Below are positions 11,932 to 23,600 of a stretch of 64,000 bases of DNA, one piece after another (position 1 is the first letter of the stretch; every line of letters begins with the position of its first letter). The DNA comes from Cenococcum geophilum. Taxonomy: Eukaryota. The notes beneath the pieces are model-generated. The model saw nothing but the letters and a program-made list of their open reading frames with translations, searched no databases and was not told the origin of the DNA. Made by a program: the position numbers and the translations under genes. The stretch lies in contig CP158635.1 in assembly GCA_050273025.1 (NCBI GenBank), positions 12,090,001-12,154,000 on the forward strand, read 5' to 3'.

Positions 11932-14902
11932 CTAGTGTTCCTTTAATTTTTTGATGTATTTTACGAAAGCCTTTTTGTGAACCTGAGAAACGGTTAGGGT
12001 CACGCTGCGAAAAAGAGTGCGCATTGAATAACGTACTAAACCAGCATACCGTCCATCTCGGAGTACGCAAATGTATCGTAACCCTAGCTTTACAAAACAT
12101 TCGTAGACGAGGTCCATCGGGGAATGGATGTCTAGTGCAACGGGAGCTGGATCAATGTAAGGCGTGAAGTCTGTTGGGTCATCGTCTTCTTCCTCGTCCT
12201 CCCGCGTATTCCATTGAACCTGGGTGGACATGAGGCATAGGCTGTTGTCTTCGTTTTCCAGTTTGTCGAGAGCAAATTCTAGATCCGGTGCTGGAATAAG
12301 TCCGACTAGGATTTTGTCTCGTACAATGGGTAAGCCACCATCTAGCTCCCCTGCCATGTGCAGATGCTCTTGCTTTTGCCGAAGCTCCTTGGCAAGGATA
12401 AGTGGAGAGTCTGAAATATCGATGATACGCTCTTCTCGAACAGGAGGTGTGATGTCCCCAAGCTCTGTAGTAAAGACGGGTCGAACTTTGTTATCGAGGA
12501 AGGGATATGAATTCATGTCCGTCAATAGGTCCTAAAATCGTTAGAAATTGATGGTCAAAGCAACTAGGAAAATACTTACATAGATACTTAAGGGCTCAAG
12601 AGCATCTGCAGTCCATTTAGAGACCAATATCCCGATTGAGAAAGGAAGGACGTGATCCAAACTACCAGTCAACTCGAACAGAATAACAGCAAGCGTAACC
12701 GATAGTCTCGTGACTCCAGTCATGGTCGCCCCGGCTGCAACCATTGCGTAGACTCCGGGAACGACACAAGCTTCCGGATTATCATCAGCGTTACACGTTC
12801 CAAATAGGCCGGTGTGTGAGTAATTCAGAGCCAGATATTGGACGATGTGGCCGACAATTCGCCCAAGCAGACCGCCAACTACCATAGAAGGCACATAAAT
12901 TCCGGCAGGCACTTTGATGCCAAAAGTGATAACGGTAAGAATCGCCTTTACAAAGAATGCGATGCACAAATACCATATGACGCTCGGAATCTGCTCCTTA
13001 GCCGGACAAAGGCCTGTCCCGCTATTGGTGAAGGTATGACAGGGGCTAGCAAGCTCGAAAAGGAGTTCTGCTACTGGTAGTTTTGTGTACCTATTCCAAA
13101 AGCTTACGAGGCCGGTGATCAAAGCTACAAGGAAGACCTCGAGCAGAGGCCATTTTTTGATTGTTGGAATGCGGCGAAATGTCCTTGCCCATATCCTGGA
13201 TGCTTTGATGAAAAGAGCTCCTAGAATACCTCCAAGAATGCCGAGTAAGATGAAGGCTATCATCTCAAAGAATTGCCAGTCGGTAAGATAACGAACTTCG
13301 AATAAGACGATCTTATTTGTTCCATACGGATTGAGAAATTTTAGTGAAAGAGCTGCGGCCTATAGTTGTGTTAGCAAAACAAAGCCAATTAAAAGCGAAG
13401 CTCTTAACCTACAATGCAGCAGAAGAACGTCCGGAAAAGAGTCTTTGGGGGGAAGTAATAGCTGACTTCCTCTAAACTAAATAGAACTCCACCGATAGGC
13501 GCACCAAAAGCTACTGCTACACCGCTGGCAGCACTTGCGCTGAGAACTTCCCTGCGCTTTCCATCATTGTGATTGTATTTTGAGAACAAACGACACGCAA
13601 CATTTCCAACGCAGGTGGCGATGTGAACGTATGGGCCTTCTTTACCAAGACTGAGCCCAGAGGCAACACTGAGGACCAGGCCCAAGGTTTTGATAGTCAG
13701 AGTCCTTACACCGAGATACCCATGGAGAACAAATCCACTCAATATGACTTTCACTTCTGCAACACCACTTCCAGCTGCAGAATAGTAGACCATAGGTGGG
13801 CGTCTTTGAGACTCGTTATACCTTTGAGTAGGACTCAGACTACGTTTGTTTCCTTCTTCATCACGATCAAGTCGTAGTACATCTGCGCCAAGATTCTCGT
13901 CAAGCGTAGCTAGTGAGATCGCGGAAGGGATGATTGTCTTGGTGGTGAGCGTCAGGACGCAAGAAGCCATGGCTAGAATCACTACAGAGACGACGAAAAC
14001 AACGAACTGTGTTCCTTCATCGCCGAGCTTGTTCATTCCAATGACATCTGACCAATGATGCCATTCATCACATATGCTGGCTCCAACACAGCACTTCTTT
14101 TTGCTATAGTACCATGCTGTTTTGCAGTGTCCGGATTTGTAGTCGAATAACATGCTCTCGGTGACGTTAACAAAATATGCAATAGTCGCCGTGATGCAAC
14201 CGATGATGGCGACCAGTATCCATCCTTGTGCGCCGTCAAACCATGCTTGTATTTTCCCTCGGATATCTTTTCTGCCTCGTAGCGCTTTCACGCGATAGGC
14301 ATCCGCGATGCTATCATGGACCCAGTCGGTCGAGGTAAATTGATTGTACCACACCCGGTCATCGTGCCAAAAGGAATTTTTAGAGTCGTGCAAGCTTGCT
14401 TCTGGAATGGAAAATATTAGCAAGCGTTATTCCTAAAACATCGAACTCCATCGAATGAAGTCAACCCTTGGTAAATTCTCCTTCAACACTTACCAAGCGC
14501 TTGCCTCCGTTCTGAGCCCAAGGCATTCACCAGCCGCGTGCTGAACGAGCCAACGCGACCATGATGACGAAGCCTTGTGCTTGCCGTCAGGTTCTGACTG
14601 TTATGCCGGGTCAAATAATGGCGGGGTGTACCAGGCACAGAAGAGGATAAACTTGTATAGGACCTAAAAGTGCCATGGCTGTATCCTAAGAGACTTGATT
14701 GTTCAGTAGGGAATCGTCCTTGTAGGTCGAGGTCGGAGGTGCGGTTCGGCCTGAGTCTACGAGATGTAATAGGAGACGTTGGAGTCGTGCTGCTGTATGT
14801 ATCATGTTGTTCATTTGGGTCTACGTCATCCTCGTCGTAGTGGTCATCGCCATCGCGACTGCTGCGTGCTAAGCTGTGATAGGAGGCTATCGACTTCGGC
14901 AT
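11932..14902 (-). CDS. CLC voltage-gated chloride channel/antiporter with C-terminal CBS domains (multi-exon)
   Basis: Signature motifs GSGVAE, GKEGPYVH, AFGAPIGGVLFSLEE, GIYVPSM and a CBS region. About 4 GT-AG introns join ORFs 14483-14902, 13404-14423, 12541-13263 and 11932-12525. Confidence 0.95.
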
Positions 14903-16233
14903 AGTGGGTGTACGTGGGGTAGGTGGTCAATAGCTGTGGGAGGCCGTGCGGTTAGCAACGAAGCTCCAAGAAAGTAGCGTGGGAAGAAAGTATGAAAAGT
15001 ATGAGTCTAAAAGCGTGAAAACCATTCTGTCTTGATCATCTGAAGAAGGCACACCTGGCAGTATTATGGTATCATGAGGCCATTGTGGCTCATCCGGTTT
15101 CAGAGAATGGGGGTGGTCCTACCAAACATTGCTTAGACTATGGCGCCTCGGAGAAAACAAGTAATGTGGAGTTAGTGGCTGGCTTGGGGAGGCCATCGAT
15201 GAAAACCGAGGAGGCGCAAAGAGATTTGGCTTGGTGGTTATCAAAGGAGGGGCAGTATTAGCAATCGCAGCAGTCGGCGCACAAAGCATCAATATCGTCG
15301 ATGTTGTTAGAAGCCAAGATGCCTAACATGACCTGCTGACTTTGTGTTAGGCAGGCCTCGGGGATTTTGTGTTTGGCGGGCCTCGGGAATTTTTGGCTGG
15401 CGCTGTCATGCTTGGCAGGGTCCTATGACCTGTCAGGCAGTCGGAAGTTATCTAGTGCGAACGGTTGATGTCTGGCACTTGTGCCCTGCGTCTCGTTCCC
15501 AGACTAACCACCCCAGGAAGCGAGTTGCAGCTCGGCGCTATCACGGAAAAGCTCGGCGTGGTCGGCGAAAGCTGAGCGTTTACATCAGCAGACCCAGACC
15601 ATACAGCCACGCGCACGACCAGCCCCCACCCTTTTAGCGAGCGCTGCGAGATTTCAAATTCGGTACGCACATCCAAGCTTTTAGTGGACCTACCTTTTAG
15701 CGTGATAGTGCACAGGCTATATCGTCGATATCTTCTCGAGCGATCGAGCTCCATAGCCTCTCATATATATTCTACGCCACGCCTAGTTAGTGATCTTATA
15801 AAGCGTAATCATTTTATTTAGATTTAATATAGAGGCGTTGTTAATTTTATTATTAATACAGATGCATCCGGGGTTAGGTGACTCGCTTAGAGGTGTAATA
15901 CATTTTCTCTTTGACGCGAAGGCTTTGGAAGTATACATTTCGTCTTCTCTAATAGTACAACCGTTGTTGCTTTCAAGAAATTTATCCGGGATAAGAGGCC
16001 TTATAAGCTGTTTTATAACTAACTAGTATTGCTCCACCCTATCCCTGGCTGTTCTGCTATTTTCTCAGCTTTCAGGCATCGTCTTCGGCTTGCGCATTGG
16101 AAGTAAAGTAAACAGCTGCCAGCCTAAGCATAAATACCATTCTCCTCTGCTTGCCCTTGGAGTATTCCCTATATTGTCCGTAATCATAACTTTCACACCT
16201 CAGGCAATTACATTTTTTTCACCAGACCTCACT

Positions 16234-17302
16234 ATGGTATGTGAAGAAACCCATTGTTCACTCCCTTACCAACACCGAATATGTAGGCCACGGCCTACGA
16301 TCAATTTATTCTCTTTGGAGACTCAATTACCCAGGAATCCGGCACTCAAGAGCGTGGTTTTGGCTTTGCTCGAGCTCTGCAGAATGGTTGGTACATCGGC
16401 TGCAGCTTTCCTTTTCTTATTTGATGCCGATCTCGTACTCCATTCTCTGACATTGAACAAGCCTACATCAGACGCCTCGATATTGTCAACAGGGGACTTA
16501 GGTATGCAATTATAAAGTTCTTCGGTAAATCATACAGACCATTAACCTTTCGTCAGCGGCTACAACACGGATCAGGCTGTGAAGGTGCTCCCCACTATCA
16601 TTCCATCTCCGGAACAAGCCCGGATTCGGTTCTTGGTGCGCTCTACATGTTTTCGTAACCTATATCAAGCAAAATTAAACTGAATCAACGTAGATGATCT
16701 TCTTCGGCGCTAATGATGCCTCATTGCCTGAAGCCCAGGACAACCAGCATGTCCCTATTCCCAGGTACAAGGAAAATTTAGCCAAGATAATCACTCATCC
16801 CGCAGTAGTAGCGCACAAACCTCGGATTGTGCTCGTTGCGCCACCGCCAGTTAATGAGTATCTGATTTGGATTGGCGATAAAGCTAAGGGATATGACAAG
16901 CCATCAAGAACCGCAATTGGCACGAAAAGCTATGCCGATGCCGCTTGTGAACTTGGCAAGGAGCTTGGGATCCCTGTTCTAAATCTATGGAGTGCTTTCA
17001 TGTCGAAGACTGGCTGGAGTATAGGGGAGCCAGTTCCTGGTTCTTTGGATATTGCACAAAACTCAATACTTGTGGACTTAATGCATGACGGTAAGTTCAC
17101 ATTCCCACAATGAATTGACCAGTTCGGGCTGATTTCTGCTATCCAAGGCCTACACCTCAATCCTACGGGATACTATATCCTTTACGACGAGTTGATCAAG
17201 TTGATAGCAGAACAATGGCCGGATCAACTCCCGGACGATCTCCCTTACGTCCTCCCTCGGTGGAATGAACCATCCGAATGGGCGAGCTTCGAGTCTTCTT
17301 AG
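16234..17302 (+). CDS. IAH1: SGNH/GDSL hydrolase (isoamyl acetate-hydrolysing esterase IAH1-like), multi-exon
   Basis: Spliced translation gives YDQFILFGDSITQ (block I), NRGL..GYNT, IFFGANDA (block III) and DGLH (split by an intron at ~17090-17148). Confidence 0.88.
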
Positions 17303-18095
17303 ATCACATTGTGGAGTTTCAAAGGGCCGAGACATAAACAGAATACAACAGGGATAGAATAGCTAATAGATTATAAATTTGTATGTGATATAATACGCGC
17401 TGCGGTGGTTAAGGAAGTTCGAGATGCATAATCGGAAGCCAGCCCTATTGGGCGGAATGTTAGCGTTCTATGTCTAAACCTAATTAGGCGGCTGGGCCAT
17501 TCCCGTGTACTATGAGATTCGTCTGTTGTATCAGAACCTGCAACTCTCCCTTCCTGTCAGGCGCTCACGCAAATAATCCCTTTTGAGCGAAGAAAGCTAG
17601 TTGTCTTCTTACCGCGAACCTTAATACTGTAATACTATTTGAAGCTTCTTTCTGCTGCTCTTTCATCACCACACCCACCAACAACAACGTATAATCATCG
17701 TCAACCCGCGCAGTCTCGCCATCATTCTGCCATATCTACCACGCCAGAGATTCTGCGACTCTACGCTGGAGCTCATCCGCTATTTAAGTTGACAATTTTC
17801 GCACACACCACTTTCCCTGCATTCTGCAATCAATACTGTCAACCAACCTATAGCACCCTCTTAGGCTTATAGTCTCTATCATACTGGTCTATCCCGCTCG
17901 GCGGCCGATAATACGAGGTCTTTTTCGCAAAGCTGGTGGATATTGTGGTTATACATCCTGTGGTGGTTGACGGCTCCGCCGCCTGGGCTTCGGTGAAGGT
18001 GGAGCGTCGGTAGGGGTTGGCCAGAGCTGTGGCCTGGAAGGAGGGATCGTTTGCCTAGGCAAATATAGGATACCGAGGGATGCTTAGCCTTTGTG

Positions 18096-19943
18096 ATGGA
18101 TCCACAGAGCCTTGCCTTTACTCCTCGTGACGACTTTTGGCGCTTTCAAAGCGAGATGCTTCGGGTTCAGCAGACTCAAGCAGATCACGGAGAACGTCTC
18201 TCTCGCTTGGAAAGACGACAAGATGAGGATGCTAGAGTGAAGTCGGTTTGGGGAGCGTCTTCCCCCTTCCCTTCAGTCTTAAGTGGCACGCCACAACAGG
18301 GTCAGCTCGTTCTCGTCTTCGGTGGTACCCTTTTTGCTGACATTTGGCTCATAGTTGCACTGCACCACCCTCCTCCAGAGCACTTTTCCAACTTCGACGA
18401 TCATTCAAATACACTCATTGGAAATTTACAATTAGATGCTGATGATGAACCAAGGCGGATGGGAGCAACATCACGCGCCAACAGCGTTCGATTCGACGAG
18501 ACTGCGAACCAAGGGCACTGGGCACACGCTTCACGATCGTCTGTAGATCTGATACCTCGCATAGGTAGTGGATTAGGTGGTCACCTTATGACCGAAAGGA
18601 GCTATTCGCATAAATCTGACGGTCGACAGAGCTCAGCGGGGCATTCTGTTCATTCGGCAACTTCTGGGCGTGCAAACAGTCTGGGTCTGGACACTGCATA
18701 TGGACTCAGTCATTCTGGTACCTCTCCACTAGATCCTCCTGGACTCGCTCCTGGACTGTTCATCTTAGGCTCTGTGCCTGCAATCATTCGATGCTGGCTT
18801 AACACTAATTTCAAGCATGACGCACTTCTTTATGCAGCCGTCTGCTGTGGCTCATACGCATCATATTTGGATATCCGTCTCATTGATCGCCTCGGATTTC
18901 GAGATGAGGTCGTTCAAGGTGAGGAGGGGCTACGCAAAATCAAGCTCGCTGTGTACCTTCCGGAAGCTATTCCACTAACAGCTTCATCTCGGTCAAATAG
19001 CCCTGCACCTCAACTCCCGTCTTTGACTGTAGAGTTCACAGTTGTCGAGCGAAACGAAGATGAGTGCGATCCAAAGGCCATTCAAATATTCATTGGAAGT
19101 GATATGCTTCGTGCTCACAACGCAGACATTCTCTTCTCTTCCAATACTCTAACGTTGTTCGACAATGATCGTAGTAAGCTACGGATACCCCTTGTAAGAC
19201 CAGAGGAGGAGAGGACATTTAAATCTTTGTTCGTTACTAGTGGGTCGCCTAATGTTCAAAAACGACATGCAGAGCCTATAAAGGTGGCGCGTTCAACTGC
19301 GCCTGAGGCACCCAAGATTCCAGAAAAGGTTCATTCTGTATTGAACGACCAACAGCATGTAAGTGCTAGCGCAGAGTTGAATGACGGTGGGGTTGCGGTA
19401 GGATCGGATGATGGCGCATCCACCGGACGCCAAAGCCTTGAACAGCGACCATCCCTTGGCCTTTTGACCAACCGTACTGAGTCTAAAGAGGGGAGTGACC
19501 CAAGCCCTGCAACCAGCTCAGCAGCGCATTCGGGTGCATCTCCTGCCATATGGAGCAATTGGAGACGTTACGGAGAGAAGACGAACACTATGGACTGGGC
19601 GAATGCAAGTAAGAATGCAAGCGCCAACTATCAGCGCAGAGACACCGGCATTAAGGTGCTGAAACCAGCAAAAGCCGGAATTCGTACGCTCTCAAGCAGC
19701 AATACACTCTCTTCGTCCCCTGTGACAGGGCAGTCTCGCTTTTTCGATGACGGACGCCGCAGAACGAGCACAACTTCTGGAAGCGAAGCGAGTGATGCTC
19801 AGTTTAAGAGAGCCGTGTCTGTAGAGAAGACCCAATCCTTAGCCAAGGAGAACATGCCCACGCTTACCAAACCGCGTTCTGCAAATCCGGTTGGGGGTGC
19901 TTCTGCGTTCGCATGGTTGAATAATGGCGGGCATTCTAAGTAA
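18096..19943 (+). CDS. Conserved fungal protein with N-terminal coiled coil and a degenerate retropepsin/aspartyl-protease-like domain
   Basis: 616-aa ORF with a probable in-frame 54-nt intron (18301-18354). Motifs LLYAAVCCGS and IFIGSDML. Confidence 0.75.
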   Translation: MDPQSLAFTPRDDFWRFQSEMLRVQQTQADHGERLSRLERRQDEDARVKSVWGASSPFPSVLSGTPQQGQLVLVFGGTLFADIWLIVALHHPPPEHFSNFDDHSNTLIGNLQLDADDEPRRMGATSRANSVRFDETANQGHWAHASRSSVDLIPRIGSGLGGHLMTERSYSHKSDGRQSSAGHSVHSATSGRANSLGLDTAYGLSHSGTSPLDPPGLAPGLFILGSVPAIIRCWLNTNFKHDALLYAAVCCGSYASYLDIRLIDRLGFRDEVVQGEEGLRKIKLAVYLPEAIPLTASSRSNSPAPQLPSLTVEFTVVERNEDECDPKAIQIFIGSDMLRAHNADILFSSNTLTLFDNDRSKLRIPLVRPEEERTFKSLFVTSGSPNVQKRHAEPIKVARSTAPEAPKIPEKVHSVLNDQQHVSASAELNDGGVAVGSDDGASTGRQSLEQRPSLGLLTNRTESKEGSDPSPATSSAAHSGASPAIWSNWRRYGEKTNTMDWANASKNASANYQRRDTGIKVLKPAKAGIRTLSSSNTLSSSPVTGQSRFFDDGRRRTSTTSGSEASDAQFKRAVSVEKTQSLAKENMPTLTKPRSANPVGGASAFAWLNNGGHSK

Positions 19944-20692
19944 AGGGCAGCGTTAATGGAGGCGGCTGATGATGCTGGCTATGGATGATGCTTTCATCCA
20001 TCTTTTGTATTATTAGGATTCCTCTGGAGCATTCTACCGTTTTCTTGCTTGACTGATTAGCTGGGTGGCTGCCTTTGCGGCCTGGAAGGGAATGGAAGAG
20101 AAACGAAGGGAACCGCGTGAGACGGTGCTGGGATTATTTTGGCACCGTAAATGATGGTGACGCTTTAATTCTAGGCAATAGGTTGCCTACAAAAGCGTCT
20201 GGGACATTTGTCCTCATCGTCACCACTATTAGCGAACCATGATGAATATTTATGGATTCGCGGTGTTGCTTGTGTGGCTCCAGGTCATCAAGTAACTGCT
20301 CAATAAAAAGATACCCAAACATTTCGAACGAGAAGATCCAGTTACCATGCAGGGTGAAGAGCGTGCTTTGTGGCGGCGGAGGAGATGGCAGCCTGGCCTG
20401 TTGTTGGTCTTTCGTACTCGCTTGTGAGAAGCTTCAGCCTTTACAGGCACTCAGCAGGCGTCTACGGTCGGTCTCCGACAGGTGCCATAAAAAGGCTTCG
20501 GAGCCAGCGCATAAATGTAAACCCTATCGTCTCCTACTGTCTCGTGAAAGGCAGAATCCTGGGGTGTGCCAAAGGAGCCTTGTTGGTCAGCAGCCACCGC
20601 CCCTGTCGCGATGCGGTCTGTGTCCCACGGTATTGGTTGCTGATTTTGCAGGGCTGAGTCCGGCAAACTCCATCAGAGAAGCACGACGATCG

Positions 20693-23600
20693 ATGTCACG
20701 GCCCATTTTCCTCCACCACAGCCTGACTCTCAGGTACAAATCGATTGCCACCTATCACCCATGCGCCACGTCCCCCTTTCTTATTTACTAAACTAGCAAT
20801 CAGGTTGCAGGCGCAGTCACAACGCGTTTCTCTTTACTGGCAACCTTTCTGCCTGCCCTGGGAGCTTCATCGGCTCCACAGGTAGGCTGTCTCTCTTCAC
20901 AACGGCTTCCACAAAGAAGCGCAAGCTCGCACCAGCCGGACATTCAGAAAGCCAACAACGAGGCACCAACAACTTAGCAAATTCACTGAATGAGGTTTCG
21001 GGTTTAAGTTCGCCACGATCGTCCCCGCATCCTCCTTCCATCGGTATCAGAGCCTCAGCCTCTCCTCCACGATACATTCCTCCGCATCTTCACGAAGAGG
21101 TCCTTGAAGCGTCGCAAGAGTTCAACAATTTATCAAGAGACACTATATCGAGCGCAGCAAGCTCACCTAGCGAAGCTTGCGCTAACTTAACGTTGGATAA
21201 CGGAGATTTTAGTGCGAGCATACCTGGCTCGACAACCCAGGATCGGCGTGGCTCAATGACAGAGAACTCATCAAGAAATCCAGAACTGCCTACGCAAGCC
21301 ACCCTACGACCCTCACCTCGATCGTCTTCTCCCGCCAAGAGACCAGCATCTGACATGGAGGACGGCAGAAAAGAGCGTATGGATATCGATCCATCGCCAG
21401 GCACAAGTGGGGATCTCGAGAACAGGAGCGATGAAAGTAGTACGCGGGCAACGAAACCCCTACCAGGAGCCCGTTCGAACCTCGGAGAACAGCAGGGACC
21501 TCCGCGGGCTACGTCTGTGGATATGGCTGACGATCTGGGCTCTTCTGTCATGAATGGAGTCAGCGCAGCTAGCTCAGATACAGCCTCTGTCTCGAACCAG
21601 GAATCAACTGCAACCAGCGTTTCGACAATGAGTTGTGCTCAGACATCTCCTCCAACTTCGGGCTTTGTCACCGGGTATGCATCAGAAGGGGAGGTGGCAG
21701 GTCCATCGTTGCTACCAAGTGTAGACGATCAAGTTGCGAAAGTTATGGCACTCCATGCTAGACCTCTTGTAGAGAGACAAGAAGGATATCTACTTTCTAC
21801 CTCATGGCTGGCTCGAGTACTAGCAAGGACTTCGGACAACATAAAACACCCCGGGCAGTTCGATAAAACTGCTTTGGAAGGAGAAATAGGCCCTGTGGAT
21901 AATTCCGATCTTGTTGCCGAAGGTATGCTCCTGTTGAAGCTAATTGTACTGTTGCATGTTCTCATACTCACCTGTCATAGGGTTTGCCGATGATGACCTT
22001 GCCGACGAGCAGGGCGAAGACTTCATCCCACTCAAGTCTGGGCTTACGATGGCTACTGACTTTGAAGTTCTTCCACCCGATGCCTGGGGGTTGATACTCT
22101 CTTGGTATGGCCAGAAAACCGGATCACCAACAATTCGACGGTATGTTCATAACACATCGCCCAAGGAATCTGCTATGGAAAACCTCCAGTATGAACTTTA
22201 TCCGCCTATTTTTACAATTCGCAAAGTTCGAAACGACCAAGCTGGCTTGACACAGCAAACATTAAAAGATAATCAAAAACTAGGTCCAAGAGTAGTTGCT
22301 AGTCGTGGCGAGCTATACCAGCGATTTTTGCAGCACGCCAAGAAAGCTGCTGGAATAGACATGAAAACAAAAGTTCAAGTTTGGAGAGTGCTCAACACAG
22401 CCCAGACAGACCAGATGCAAGAGACGGAGGCTGGTCCATCGGGGATCCTAACTCCTGCAACTTCACGGGACGGATCTCCATCCCCTGCGACATCTACGCA
22501 GCAGCGGCCTCCCCTATTAATTGATGTTGCCAGCTTTACTTCCCTAGCTGAAGGGACTCAACGTGAAATGGTAACCGGGAAAGACGAAACAGCGAATGAG
22601 AAATACAATGGCCATCTAAACCTTTCGACTGCGGGTCTTGCGGAGGATCAGGTTCTCATTTTAGAAGAACAAATTGGAGGTCCAGGCGGTGGGGAGTACA
22701 TTTCTGACACTTCAAGAAAGGTTGCCATAAAAAACGGTGTGCTGCTCGGCTCTGGTAAAAATGGCTCTGGGAAATCTCAAACCAAGGGGATTCAAGGAAA
22801 CGGTGATAGTGGCAGAAGCAGTCCTGTTCCCGGTGGTCCAGCCACAAGAGGTAGGACGCGGAGAGATGGCCGTACGAAAGGCACCGTAGGATTGACTAAT
22901 CTCGGGAACACCTGCTACATGAATTCTGCTCTGCAGTGTATCCGGAGTGTGGAAGAGTTGTCACTCTATTTTCTTCGTAAGTCAATAGTAGTACAGAGGA
23001 TCTCGGCTTTTGAACCGGCTAACATTCAACAGAGGAGGAATATAAGCGAGACCTCAACCCCAAAAATCCACTAGGCCATGGTGGCTCTATTGCCAAGGCA
23101 TACGCAGGTTTGCTTAGTGCAGTGTACGATGATAGTGCTCTATCATCCTTCGCACCCAAAAACTTCAAGTATGCTTTAGGTAAAGCCCAGCCACTATTTT
23201 CAGGTTATGGGCAACAAGACTCTCAAGAATTCTTAAGTTTCCTAGTTGATGGTCTCCATGAGGATCTCAACCGGGTCCTGAAGAAGCCTTATGTTGAGAA
23301 TCCTGAATCTGATGACAAGACAGTCAATGATCCGGAGGCTATTCGTGCACTTGGAGAGAAGTTCCGGGAAATTCATCATGCCCGCAACGATTCTGTAGCT
23401 ATGGACCTTTTTAACGGTTTTTATAAGAATACCATGGTTTGTCCAGAGTGCGACAAAGTCAGTATCACATTCGACCCATTCTCTCTCCTCACCCTACAGC
23501 TACCCATAGAACAAACATGGCAACACACAATTACCTTTGCCCCTCTTCATGGTTACCCCTTCCAAATCGATATTGATATTGACAAAAATGGAACTATTCG

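Noticed and set aside
15750..16030. TpA-rich patch in the CLC/IAH1 divergent promoter as a defined TE
   Set aside because: Looks RIP-like, but no termini or coding motifs could be identified.
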